A stretch of 39,394 nucleotides of DNA from Nemertoderma westbladi (taxonomy: Eukaryota; Animalia; Xenacoelomorpha), in NCBI GenBank assembly GCA_032718475.1, contig JAUCBJ010006103.1, positions 1 to 39,394 of the forward strand, given 5' to 3'. The position numbers were made by a program, and so were the translations under genes. The notes beneath the pieces are model-generated. The model was given only the letters and a program-made list of their open reading frames with translations, searched no databases and was not told where the DNA came from. The stretch's first letter is position 1; each line of letters begins with the position of its first letter. Positions 21,171 through 33,940 of the stretch are shown piece by piece.

Positions 21171-22427
21171 TATGTGGGGCGAGCGACGAAAGTAAGCGAG
21201 CTTAGCATACAGGTACCACTAACTCAATCGGTGTGTCTGTTGTTCTGTTGATCTGTCGTTCTGTTGATCTGTTGTGTCCAATTTTAAACGTTAATAACTC
21301 AGCCAAATCTCGATAAAATATATCCAAACTTGGTACATATGTAGTCTGGCAAAAGTTTAGCAATTTTCCAAGTTGAATTTGCGTGGGGTCTTCGTGCAGC
21401 ATTTGTGTATCTGTCTTACAGTTATAATAAATTAATCTACCCAAAAATTATTAGGCTTGGCATCAGCTGGTTGCTAGAAGACTACAGGATTACAGTACGG
21501 TACCGGTACTGTTAACTGTTACAGTGGTACAAAGTTACCGGTACCGTCTTCAGGTCGTTGGTCGTTGGCAAGGCCATCTAAACAACTTCTTCATCTAAAC
21601 AGCTTCCGACAGTCCGATGTATCTGGACCCGAGCAGCCGAGTGGCATCAAGATGCGATTAACTGAGGAATACATACTACGGAATTGCTTGCTTGTCAGTA
21701 AGATTCTATTTACTACACTGGGAATACGGCGGTCGGTCGGATCGTAATGCGGGCCACTGCCAAGTTCCTCATGCCTCACTCAGGCCACCCACCTTGGAAT
21801 GCGGTGGGAAGAGTCCGACTTACGTCGATGACTGGACGAATCGATGAGGATTGCGATTTGGGTTTAGCGGCGGCCCGGACAGCCAGATCCTGGGATAGCC
21901 TGGGGGAAATTGTTGAAATTCGGGCAGGTGTATCGCATCGGATTACGTTCTCTGCCCCGCGAAAGTGTGAGTCGAATTCGTCGTCGAATTGGGTCGGAAG
22001 CTGCGAGAATTCTACTGTTATACGGGAATAAACCGCAGCGGTCCGGTGACTACGGACGGAAACTGGTATGAGCAGGTATTTTGATCGAGTTTCTCGTATT
22101 CTCGATGCTCGAGGCGGATATAGAGTTGGTTGTGTTGGGTGGAGATACCGATAGCTGCATAGCTCCGATCTATTTATAATTATGTTATTTTGTTATTGTT
22201 ATTTATTTATACTCGGAATTTGAGGAAGTCGACATTGATGAAGTAATGAAGCGCTTTATATTGGACATAAAATACCAGGTAGTATTCAAAGAGACCACGA
22301 TGATACTTATTTTAAAATTATATGAATAATAATCATGGTAATTTTTGGATTGAATTGCTCAATTTTAATCTGTATCTGATAACTGAGCCTCGTCCTGCGC
22401 AAAGGCCCCTCGAACGTGTAATACTAG
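21171..22427 (+). mobile_element. Non-autonomous Helitron/Helentron (HINE)-like element, copy 1
   Basis: 21171-21490 is nearly identical to 30144-30470 and includes a (ctgtt)-type microsatellite and aaacttggtacatatgtag. 3' block 22341-22373 and cgaacgtgt are shared with 31156-31217. A GC hairpin gcct..aggc is followed by CTAG at 22424-22427. Confidence 0.6.
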
Positions 22428-22439
22428 CCAAGAAGTAAC

Positions 22440-22900
22440 TCATGCTTCATAGGCATAGCCACCCTTGTGTAGTATTTATTACATGTCCAGTGAAATTTTC
22501 ATTTACACAAAGACAGAGACATATGGCTGTTGTCTTTATTGATTTCTTTAAGACTTCGATTCCGTCTCTCGATCACATAAGTTCAGCATACTGACAGCAG
22601 ATGAGATTCCTGAGAAATTATTGCTGCAATCAGATCAATATACGATGGTTCCACGACACAGATCCATTTTTATGGGGAGTCTTTCTGTTTCGGGAGTATC
22701 CCTAAATGCCATATACGCTCCACCATCCCTGAAACAAATATGTCACCGTATTAGCCATCAGCCGCATAACGGCACCAATTATACCTATACCTATACCTAT
22801 ACCTCTACCTATCAAAGTTAAGGTAACATTAGGGCGTGGCGGCCAAACAAAGGGAAGATCATGTGTTGCACAATTTATTATATTGTCATCCGGTAAACCT
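22440..22900 (+). mobile_element. Degenerate RTE-type reverse-transcriptase fragment
   Basis: HMAVVFIDFFKT-DSVSR, ILTADEIPEKL..AIRSIY and SGVSLNAIYAP (cf. FIDF.KAFDSV.R, AYGIP.K, GVLQGDTLAP). Confidence 0.6.
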
Positions 22901-23689
22901 GTTGTATATATATATATATATATATTACTTATCCATTGTGCATAGATTGTACTGGGAGGAATCACTCTAGGTGATTCCCCAATATTTTGTTAGTGCCTTT
23001 CTAAGAGAGATCTAACATAAGAACAAGAACAATGGCAAATATTGAGCCTGGCAAGACCGATCAGACGCCATACCTGGACCAAACGATCTGTGACCAACAT
23101 GCTAATATTGGGCTGGCCAAGCCCGATCTAACACAATGCGGTCATGGTCCAAAAGTGAACCAATCGAAACTACAACCGAGATAATGACGACGACGACGAA
23201 GATGAAAGAGAGGTCCATGAGCGAGGAACTCCACGATTAAGTAAGGCAGGAGGTGCACGTAGCACTATTTCTGTGAGACACATGACGTCATAAGAAAAAG
23301 ATGGACCATAGAAAAATCTAAGCGCGAGATAGAACAATTAGAAGTTGAGGAGGCCGAGATCCTAAAGGAGTTACATGAACTTGAAAAAGGGATGGGCGAA
23401 GATGATCGAGTGAGATGAAGGCTGAATGTGAAGAACGTGAGCGCGAGTGCGAGAGGGAGAGATATGATAAATGAGAAAGTATACATTGGTTTTCGTTTTT
23501 AAACAACTTTGGATTATAGATGCCGCGGAAATTAAATAATATAATTTCCAAAATAATATAATTTTCAAAATAATGTAATTTTCAATAAATAAATACTGTA
23601 GTGGAACCCCTAAAAATACCATATTGAAAAGAAGGAGAAGTTTCGAAAATCGAAAGTTAAAATACATACAATATCGTGTACAGAGATTG

Positions 23690-26600
23690 CCACCCACAAC
23701 CTCGTGTAAAGGAGAGTCCCACCCACAACCTCGTGTAAAGGAGAGTCCGACCCACAACCTCGTGTAAAGGAGAGTCCCACCCACAACCTCGTGTAAAGGA
23801 GAGTCCGACCCACAACCTCGTGTAAAGGAGAGTCCCACCCACAACCTCGTGTAAAGGAGAGTCCCACCCACAACCTCGTGTAAAGGAGAGTCCCACCCAC
23901 AACCTCGTGTAAAGGAGAGTCCCACCCACAACCTCGCGTAAAGGAGAGTCCCACACACAACCTCGTGTAAAGGATAGTCCCACCCACAACCTCGTGTAAA
24001 GGATAGTCCCACCCACAACCTCGTGTAAAGGAGAGTCCCACCAACAACGTCGTGTAAAGGAGAGTCCCACCCACAACCTCGTGTAAAGGAGAGTCCCACC
24101 CACAACCTCGTGTAAAGGAGAGTCCCACCCACAACCTCGCGTAAAGGAGAGTCCCACACACAACCTCGTGTAAAGGATAGTCCCAACCACAACCTCGTGT
24201 AAAGGAGACTCCCACCCACAACCTCGTGTAAAGGAGATTCCCACCCACAACCTCGTGTAAAGGAGATTCCCACACAACCTCGTGTAAAGGAAGGTCCCAC
24301 CCACAACCTCGTGTAAAGGAGAGTCCCACCCACAACCTCGTGTAAAGGAGAGTCCCACCCACAACCTCGCGTAAAGGAGAGTCCCACACACAACCTCGTG
24401 TAAAGGATAGTCCCACCCACAACCTCGTGTAAAGGATAGTCCCACCCACAACCTCGTGTAAAGGAGAGTCCCACCCACAACCTCGTGTAAAGGAGAGTCC
24501 CACCCACAACCTCGTGTAAAGGAGAGTCCCACCCACAACCTCGTGTAAAGGAGAGTCCCACCCACAACCTCGTGTAAAGGAGATACCCACCCACAACCTC
24601 GCGTAAAGGAGAGTCCCACCCACAACCTCGTGTAAAGGAGAGTCCGACCCACAACCTCGTGTAAAGGAGAGTCCCACTCACAACTTCGTGTAAAGGATAG
24701 TCCCACCCACAACCTCGTGTAAAGGATAGTCCCACCCACAACCTCGTGTAAAGGAGAGTCCCACCAACAACGTCGTGTAAAGGAGAGTCCCACCCACAAC
24801 CTCGTGTAAAGGAGAGTCCCACCCACAACCTCGTGTAAAGGAGAGTCCCACCCACAACCTCGCGTAAAGGAGAGTCCCACACACAACCTAGTGTAAAGGA
24901 TAGTCCCAACCACAACCTCGTGTAAAGGAGACTCCCACCCACAACCTCGTGTAAAGGAGATTCCCACCCACAACCTCGTGTAAAGGAGATTCCCACACAA
25001 CCTCGTGTAAAGGAAGGTCCCACCCACAACCTCGTGTAAAGGAGAGTCCCACCCACAACCTCGTGTAAAGGAGAGTCCCACCCACAACCTCGCGTAAAGG
25101 AGAGTCCCACACACAACCTCGTGTAAAGGATAGTCCCACCCACAACCTCGTGTAAAGGATAGTCCCACCCACAACCTCGTGTAAAGGAGAGTCCCACCCA
25201 CAACCTCGTGTAAAGGAGAGTCCCACCCACAACCTCGTGTAAAGGAGAGTCCCACCCACAACCTCGTGTAAAGGAGAGTCCCACCCACAACCTCGTGTAA
25301 AGGAGATACCCACCCACAACCTCGCGTAAAGGAGAGTCCCACCCACAACCTCGTGTAAAGGAGAGTCCGACCCACAACCTCGTGTAAAGGAGAGTCCCAC
25401 TCACAACTTCGTGTAAAGGAGAGTCCCACCCACAACCTCGTGTAAAGGAGAGTCCCAACCACAACCTCGTGTAAAGGAGACTCCCACCCACAACCTCGTG
25501 TAAAGGAGATTCCCACCCACAATCTCGTTTAAAGGAGATTCCCACACAACCTCGTGTAAAGGAGAATCCCACCCACAATCTCGTGTAAAGGAGAGTCCCA
25601 CCCACAACCTCGTGTAAAGGAGAGTCCCACCCACAACCTCGTGTAAAGGAGATTCCCACCCACAACCTCGTGTAAAGGAGAGTCCCACCCACAACCTCGT
25701 GTAAAGGAGATTCCCACCCACAACCTCGTGTAAAGGAGAGTCCCACCCACAACCTCGTGTAAAGGAGATTCCCACCCACAACCTCGTGTAAAGGAGAGTC
25801 CCACCCACAACCTCGTGTAAAGGAGAGTCCCACCCACAACCTCGTGTAAAGGAGATTCCCACCCACAACCTCGTGTAAAGGAGAGTCCCACCCACAACCT
25901 CGTGTAAACGAGATTCCCACCCACAACCTCGTGTAAAGGAGAGTCCGACCCACAACCTCGTGTAAAGGAGAGTCCCACTCACAACTTCGTGTAAAGGAGA
26001 GTCCCACCCACAACATCGTGTAAAGGAGAGTCCCAACCACAACCTCGTGTAATGGAGACTCCCACCCACAACCTCGTGTAAAGGAGAATCCCACCCACAA
26101 TCTCGTGTAAAGGAGAGTCCCACCCACAACCTCGTGTAAAGGAGAGTCCCACACCACCTCGTGTAAAGGATAGTCCCACCCACAACCTCGTGTAAAGGAG
26201 ATTCCCACCCACAACCTCGTGTAAAGGAGAGTCCCACCCACAACCTCGTGTAAAGGAGAGTCCCACCCACAACCTCGTGTAAAGGAGAGACCCACTCACA
26301 ACCTCGTGTAAAGGAGATTCCCACCCACAACCTCGTGTAAAGGAGAGTCCCACCCACAACCTCGTGTAAAGGAGAGTCCCACCCACAACCTCATGTAAAG
26401 GAGAGTCCCACCCACAACCTCGTGTAAAGGAGAGTCCCACCCACAACCTCGTGTAAAGGAGAGTCCCACCCACAACCTCGTGTAAAGGAGAGTCCCACCC
26501 ACAACCTCGTGTAAAGGAGATTCGCACCCACAACCTCGTGTAAAGGAGAGTCCCACCCACAACCTCGTGTAAAGGAGAGTCCCACCCACAACCTCGTGTA

Positions 26601-28739
26601 AAGGAGAGTCCCACCCACAACCTCGTGTAAAGGAGAGTCCCACCCATAACCTCGTGTAAAGGAGATTCCCACCCACAACCTCGTGTCAAGGAGAGTCCCA
26701 CACAACCTCGTGTAAAGGAGATTCCCACCCACAACCTCGTGTAAAGGAGAGTCCCACCCACAACCTCGTGTAAAGGAGATTCCCACCCACAACCTCGTGT
26801 CAAGGAGAGTCCCACCCACAACCTCGTGTAAAGGAGATTCCCACCCACAACCTCGTGTCAAGGAGAGTCCCACACAACCTCGTGTAAAGGAGATTCCCAC
26901 CCACAACCTCGTGTAAAGGAGAGTCCCACCCACAACCTCGTGTAAAGGAGATTCCCACCCACAACCTCGTGTAAAGGAGAGTCCCACACAACCTCGTGTA
27001 AAGGAGAGTCCCACACAACCTCGTGTAAAGGAGAGTCCCACCCACAACCTCGTGTAAAGGAGATTCCCACCCACAACCTCGTGTAAAGGAGAGTCCCACC
27101 CACAACCTCGTGTAAACGAGATTCCCACCCACAACCTCGTGTAAAGGAGAGTCCGACCCACAACCTCGTGTAAAGGAGAGTCCCACTCACAACTTCGTGT
27201 AAAGGAGAGTCCCACCCACAACCTCGTGTAAAGGAGAGTCCCAACCACAACCTCGTGTAAAGGAGACTCCCACCCACAACCTCGTGTAAAGGAGAATCCC
27301 ACCCACAATCTCGTGTAAAGGAGAGTCCCACCCACAACCTCGTGTAAAGGAGAGTCCCACACAACCTCGTGTAAAGGATAGTCCCACCCACAACCTCGTG
27401 TAAAGGAGATTCCCACCCACAACCTCGTGTAAAGGAGAGTCCCACCCACAACCTCGTGTAAAGGAGAGTCCCACCCACAACCTCGTGTAAAGGAGAGTCC
27501 CACTCACAACCTCGTGTAAAGGAGATTCCCACCCACAACCTCGTGTAAAGGAGAGTCCCACCCACAACCTCGTGTAAAGGAGAGTCCCACCCACAACCTC
27601 ATGTAAAGGAGAGTCCCACCCACAACCTCGTGTAAAGGAGAGTCCCACCCACAACCTCGTGTAAAGGAGAGTCCCACCCACAACCTCGTGTAAAGGAGAG
27701 TCCCACCCACAACCTCGTGTAAAGGAGATTCGCACCCACAACCTCGTGTAAAGGAGAGTCCCACCCACAACCTCGTGTAAAGGAGAGTCCCACCCACAAC
27801 CTCGTGTAAAGGAGAGTCCCACCCACAACCTCGTGTAAAGGAGAGTCCCACCCATAACCTCGTGTAAAGGAGATTCCCACCCACAACCTCGTGTCAAGGA
27901 GAGTCCCACACAACCTCGTGTAAAGGAGATTCCCACCCACAACCTCGTGTAAAGGAGAGTCCCACCCACAACCTCGTGTAAAGGAGATTCCCACCCACAA
28001 CCTCGTGTCAAGGAGAGTCCCACCCACAACCTCGTGTAAAGGAGATTCCCACCCACAACCTCGTGTCAAGGAGAGTCCCACACAACCTCGTGTAAAGGAG
28101 ATTCCCACCCACAACCTCGTGTAAAGGAGAGTCCCACCCACAACCTCGTGTAATGGAGATTCCCACCCACAACCTCGTGTAAAGGAGAGTCCCACACAAC
28201 CTCGTGTAAAGGAGAGTCCCACACAACCTCGTGTAAAGGAGAGTCCCACCCACAACCTCGTGTAAAGGAGATTCCCACCCACAACCTCGTGTAAAGGAGA
28301 GTCCCACCCACAACCTCGTGTAAACGAGATTCCCACCCACAACCTCGTGTAAAGGAGAGTTCGACCCACAACCTCGTGTAAAGGAGAGTCCCACTCACAA
28401 CTTCGTGTAAAGGAGAGTCCCACCCACAACCTCGTGTAAAGGAGAGTCCCAACCACAACCTCGTGTAAAGGAGATTCCCACCCACAACCTCGTGTAAAGG
28501 AGAATCCCACCCACAATCTCGTGTAAAGGAGAGTCCCACCCACAACCTCGTGTAAAGGAGAGTCCCACACAACCTCGTGTAAAGGATAGTCCCACCCACA
28601 ACCTCGTGTAAAGGAGATTCCCACCCACAACCTCGTGTAAAGGAGAGTCCCACCCACAACCTCGTGTAAAGGAGAGTCCCACCCACAACCTCGTGTAAAG
28701 GAGAGTCCCACTCACAACCTCGTGTAAAGGAGAGTCCCA
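23690..28739. repeat. ~5-kb satellite, 29-bp unit ccacccacaacctcgtgtaaaggagagtc (~175 copies) with 723-bp and 1208-bp higher-order repeats
   Basis: Contiguous 29-bp period with occasional 27-bp variants and no unique spacers. Diagnostic variants recur at +723 (ccaacaacgtcg 24041/24764) and +1208 (tcacaacttc 25979/27187/28395). Confidence 0.99.
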
Positions 28740-30143
28740 AATTGACGTTTGACATTTTAGTGAAATTATTATATAAGACCCAAGCCCCCCTCCCATCCCA
28801 CACCATTGAAGCAAAACAACCACCACCACCACCGTCACCAAAGTTTACAATAACAAACAATACGTATTCCTATGTTATTTATTTCGAATATCCCATTTCC
28901 TGTAGTATTTGTAACTTCGTTGAAATTATCCAGTTGTGGAAGTACGTGACGTCAGTGTATACTCCGGGATGTCTATATTCACCACATCCATCTCCCCAGC
29001 TGTTTATTCCAACTAAAGCAAACCTATGTCAAAATACCAACAACGATTCAAAAGTCTACCCAACCGGAACTATTTAATATTATATTACTTCATTACTAAT
29101 TCTACATTATTAAAGGTTACTAAGCCGTCAGCAGAGATGAACAGATCAATAATAATTTCAATTCATAGGGATATTTCAACAGGCCAGCTTTCGCATCTAA
29201 ACAATACAATGGTACTGGTATAATTCGCTATAAAGGATATAGAAGGGAGGAGGGAAATTCAAATGATGATGGGGGATGGTACCGCGGGTTCTGAGGATGG
29301 ACCTGGCTTTTTAATCTTATGTAGTGCTAGTGCATGTAAGTACTGTAGTGCAGTACAGTCTTAATTGTCAGATAGTAAACTGACCCTTAACATTTTAAGA
29401 TCATTATTTGGCGCAGTGTGCTTACACAAGAACCAGTATATCGAAATTTGATCCAGGTAGTGCCGCTACCCTCTAGAGTTTGAAAGCTTCGCGACGAGGT
29501 TTCAAATCAGCGGTTACTAAAGCATGTGATGATGGTCTGGGACTCTATTAGGGCATACGGAGCGTTCCCATTAACCGAATGCTTACCTCAACTGCTATAG
29601 CAACTAGACTTTCTGACTGGGATAAGAAATTCGAACGGTTTTGGGAAGCCGAAATAATTACCACCTGTCATCCGGATGCATATTTCCAATTGGGGTGTCG
29701 TTTCAGCCTATGGAAGTATTTCTGGGCTTCTAATTGGCTGTTTCTTCAATAAGCTCACCTCATTGGCTAACACTCTCCCATAGCCATAAGGTGTGTCGGT
29801 ACAGCCCAATTGCCAGAAGGGGTGTCGCTTGGGGGAAATCACTTTTATTACTTGTAAATTTTACTTAGGCCTGCCTACTCCTTCCGTATTAAACAGGTAA
29901 ATCACAATTACTGTATATTGTCATATTCACTAATGTCTGGTGTTATTTGTTACCACAAATACTACTGCCATATATAATTATATATTATATTAATTCACAA
30001 AAATATTTGTGCGAGCCACGTACAGTAGTAGCCGAAGCATTTGTAACCTGACAGTGTTGGGGGTGGGGGTCATTAAGGGGAAATACTTGTCATTAGTTTT
30101 TGTCGCCTTAACTACTGAGTTTGATTTAAATATATACATACAG

Positions 30144-31220
30144 TATGTGGGGCAAGCGACGAAAGTAAGCGAGCTTAGCATACTGGTACCACTAACTCAA
30201 TCGGTGTGTCTGCTGCTCTGTTGTTCTGTTGTTCTGTTGCTCTGTTGATCTGTTGTGTCGAATTTTAAACGTTAATAACTCAGCCAAATCTCGATAAAAT
30301 ATATCCAAAATTGGTATATATGTAGTCTGGCAAAAGTTTAGAAATGTTCCAAATTGAATTTGCGTGTGGTCTTCGTGCAGCTCTGTGTAACTGTCTTGCA
30401 GTTATAATAAATTTATCTACCCAAAAATTATTAGGTTTGGCATCAGCTGGTTGCTAGGAGACTGCAGGATATATCAGGTGGGTTTGAAATTCAGCAATAC
30501 CAGTACAATGCAGCAATAATGTGGCCTTGGGAATTGTGGTAGGCCTATTTCACTTTCAGCCATTCCAGCATTTCCAGATTGCAGAGTTCAGAATACGACA
30601 GCGGTACCATGAGATCTCTGTACTCAGTACCGGTACTGCTCACTGCTGTTGCTGTATGTGGTAGGCCTAGCTTTCTAGGCTGGTTGTCAGTCTGTCAGTG
30701 TGGTACTGCTACTGCATTATCTGGGAAGTTTTGAAATTATGTGGTCTTGAGACAGACGGACATATTGTCAAGTTGTACCAGCTGACCTTTAGGCCTATTC
30801 CATGTTCCGGTATCTACTACTGCACTAGGTACCCCAACAGCCCACTACTGCAACACCCAGCAACGTTTTGGAATTGTACCGGTACTCAAACAACTCGCCA
30901 TCAAGGCCACCGCCACTCTCTGTCGCAGTGTCGTTGGCGACCTCGACTTTTGGTATCACTACTGTGCTAGTGCTACAGGCAAACTGGACTAACCAATGAG
31001 CGAGACCCAAGGACTGAAGAATGCATTGAATTTTTTGAGTAGTTTGACTGTGGACTTCTATGACATCGATGCCAAGCTGCCAATGCGAAAGTTTTTTTTA
31101 AAGTAAAAGTTTGGTTAAATTTTCTTAATTATTTATTTAAATTTCTTAAGTACTGATTTTTGGATAGAATTTCTCAATTTTAATCTGTCAATTTTAATCT
31201 TTAATCCACGAACGTGTTAA
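30144..31220 (+). mobile_element. Non-autonomous Helitron/Helentron (HINE)-like element, copy 2
   Basis: Shares the ~320-bp 5' block and the short 3' blocks with 21171-22427, but the middle is different. Confidence 0.6.
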
Positions 31221-31419
31221 TGTCAGTGAGTACGGACAGTGCAGCAGTGAAAACCAGACGTAGTCTTATTTAAAAAGAATAGGACTATCCTGCTACTGTA
31301 GAGCTAGCTCATCTATCAGTCTAAGGTCAAAGGCAGAAAGGTTCTACAGTACCTATAACTGACCACGCATTGAAGCTCACAATCCGCTTACCCTAGGCCT
31401 ACCTATTTTTACCTGTTAC

Positions 31420-33818
31420 CGATATGGAAGAATGTCTTCTTCAGGCACAAGAAAAGCTGGCTGGGTATGAGGTTACAGCAAAGGCTCAAAAGGAGTGCGA
31501 AATTGCTATTTCTGTGGCAACTGCATCTGCCCCAAGGGCTAATTCATCTGATACTACAGTAGTACCAGTACCAGTACGCGGAGAATGAAAAGTGACCTAC
31601 TGTTACCTAAACTAACTGCATGGCGTCCACCAATACTCGAATCTGACACCGAGTTTAGGAAGTTTAAAGAGTGGCTTATACTGTGGAGGAATTATTCCAG
31701 TTTATTAGATTTATCTACCCATCATCGTGAAAAACGTGTTGCTGCTTTCTGGTATTGTTGTTCTGCTGTTTTTTGACCATAATCCACCGGACATTAGCGA
31801 TTGCAGCCGACACCTACCTTGATTTAGACGATATTCATGACCAAATTCAGAATTACCTACATTCATTTGCGAAATGCAAACTCAGATTGGTGGGCTCTAC
31901 TTTCAATTCGACAGAAAGAAGTACAGTCATACACATCGCTATGTAATGAAATTGAAGTACTTGGTGAGTATCCCAATACTAGTGCTGTAACAACTGATAG
32001 ATTACATACAGCTTTACTTATTCTGGCTATGGCCAACACAGATGATAATGAAAAATTAATATCGAAAGACCCACCCCTTAATTTCAATGATTCAAGAAAG
32101 TTTATCATTTCTTTACAATCTGCCCATAATGCTACGAAATCTTTAGAAAACCGTCATAAAAATGTAAGTTTCGTTTCAAATACCCACAGATCGTTTAATG
32201 CTAGTATAACTGAGTATTCTAAACGCAAAAATAAACCTGCTGCTTTTAGCGATAAATCAATAAATCTAATAGATCGATAAATCTCGTAATAAAACCTGTA
32301 ATAGTGACGGATGTGGTCGCTGTGGACAACATTCAAATTCACACCCTGGAAATAAATGTCCAGCCCACAATGCCAAATGCGTTTGTTGTGCTGGTGTTTG
32401 ACATTATGACATTATGCAACTGTGTGTCCATCTAAATTGATTGCTGTTTCCAGTTTTTCAGACTGTAATAATGATAGTGATGATACAGTGAATAATAATA
32501 ATAGTGAAAGTTCAGAAACAGAGGAGGTGAATGTTGGTATAAAAAATGTATGTGGAAAATATTGTCAGCCTAACTCCACCTATCCTTACAGTGAAAACGT
32601 GATGCTCATATCAATAAAAAAAAACACTACAACCCATCCTTGTTGTTAATTTCATACCAGAGGGTTTACAAGTTTCGGCAAATATCACTGTGTTACCCGA
32701 TACTGGGGCAGGCGCAACAGTTATGGGAGTTTAGACTTTTTATACATCAGGACTTGTTGAAAAACTGGAATTGGCAATCCCAAGTTAATGTGCATATTTT
32801 CACAGTGGGAGGTAACCTAATAGAACAAGCAGGTACATTGAAAACAACCATTATTGTAGGAAATCAACAAACAAAAACAACAGTCCTAGTTTGCTTTGGT
32901 GTTATTGGTTGGTACTTGTCACTGGATACCTGCAAAGAATTAAACATAATAAGCCCTTTATTTCCACAACCAATAGATTTTAGATTATTGCACCAAGTGG
33001 CGCGCAGCGCCAGTCTAGCTGGCATTTATTTCTTAAGATCTCAGATAAAACGTTACACATAGCAAAACTAAAAATAAAATCCTAATGCTCCCAAGCTGAT
33101 TTCCTTAAATAAAGTTTTTAGATGATATTTATGCCTGAAAATCGACGTAAGTGAAGGCAGTCCATGTATATCCACACATATTTATAAGTTGCACAGGGTC
33201 CCAAGAGTCCAATATAAAATATGATATTTGTGAACAAATATCAATGAATACTATTTTTGCTGATAATTATTTTCCTCAAAGCGAAATACTGTCAAACTGT
33301 GAAGTCCGGATTCAAAGTTTGCCATAAACAGACAATTTAACACCTTCACTTAGTGATGAAATAAATCAGAAAATAACATATAAAAACTCACTTGTGTTTG
33401 ATGATTCAACCGAGTTACGCCCAATGCAAGGAGATATTGTCGGTTCCCCCATGTCTATCACTCTTAAACCGGATTCTAAACCTTTTGCTATACATGCAGC
33501 ATGGCAAATTCCTTATGCACTGCATTCAAATGTAAAAGAAATGCTAGAACTGAAGATAATTACTCCCGTTGGTGACATATCGACAACATGGTATTATCCA
33601 ATTGTAGTCACCCCAAAACCAAAAGACCCTAATTCGTTCATTCGTTTATGTGTAGATTTGATAAAACTAAATTCTCAGTTCTATCAATCATCTCATCACA
33701 CTAAAACTCCAGCAGAAGCTGTGTCTGGGTTTACACCAGCTGATAAGTTTTTTTTGCCAAGTTCGACTTTGTAAAAGGTTATTGGCAAATGCCTTTGGAT
33801 GAAGCTGCACAAGACTTA
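31420..33818 (+). mobile_element. Decayed Ty3/Gypsy (Mag-like) LTR retrotransposon: gag, protease, N-terminal RT; 3'-truncated
   Basis: Gag-like PPIL...FRKFKEW...WRNY. Cys/His knuckle CGRCGQH..KCPAHNAKCVCC (~32310-32425). Aspartic protease LPDTGAGATVM (DTG at 32699). RT start QIPYAL, W..PIVVTPKP...IRLCVDL.KLN, DFVKGYWQMPLDE. Numerous stops and frameshifts, and no LTR identified. Confidence 0.9.
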
Positions 33819-33940
33819 CTACTACTACTAGGTCGAGCGAACTCGGACAGTGGAAATGAGATCCTTCCAGGCTTCCCGATTCTCCATAGTTGTCGCAATT
33901 TCGTTTCTCCCAAGTTCAGTATCCCTTTCAAGTTGATCTA
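33818..33940 (-). mobile_element. Possible retroposon 3' tail ending in (TAG)n that interrupts the Gypsy RT
   Basis: The RT sequence stops abruptly at (act)4-agg, i.e. cctagtagtagtagt on the minus strand, the same terminal signature as the tail at 5698-5716. The upstream boundary is uncertain. Confidence 0.4.

Noticed and set aside
23690-28739. CRISPR array
   Set aside because: Units are contiguous with no unique spacers, there are no cas genes, and the context is eukaryotic.
23371-28860. Many long minus-strand ORFs (up to 974 aa) with GLSFTRGCGWDSPLHEVV repeats
   Set aside because: They arise because the 29-bp satellite unit lacks stops on that strand. All three frames give the same peptide and 27-bp variants shift frames freely, so there is no sign of coding selection.
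29563-29812. Small MITE-like inverted repeats and two CCAAT-box matches
   Set aside because: Inverted matches are short and imperfect, with no TSD or adjacent gene, so they are not supportable.
32988-33194. Insertion between Gypsy protease and RT bounded by ttgcac
   Set aside because: A 6-bp direct repeat is expected by chance and no consensus is available to confirm an insertion.
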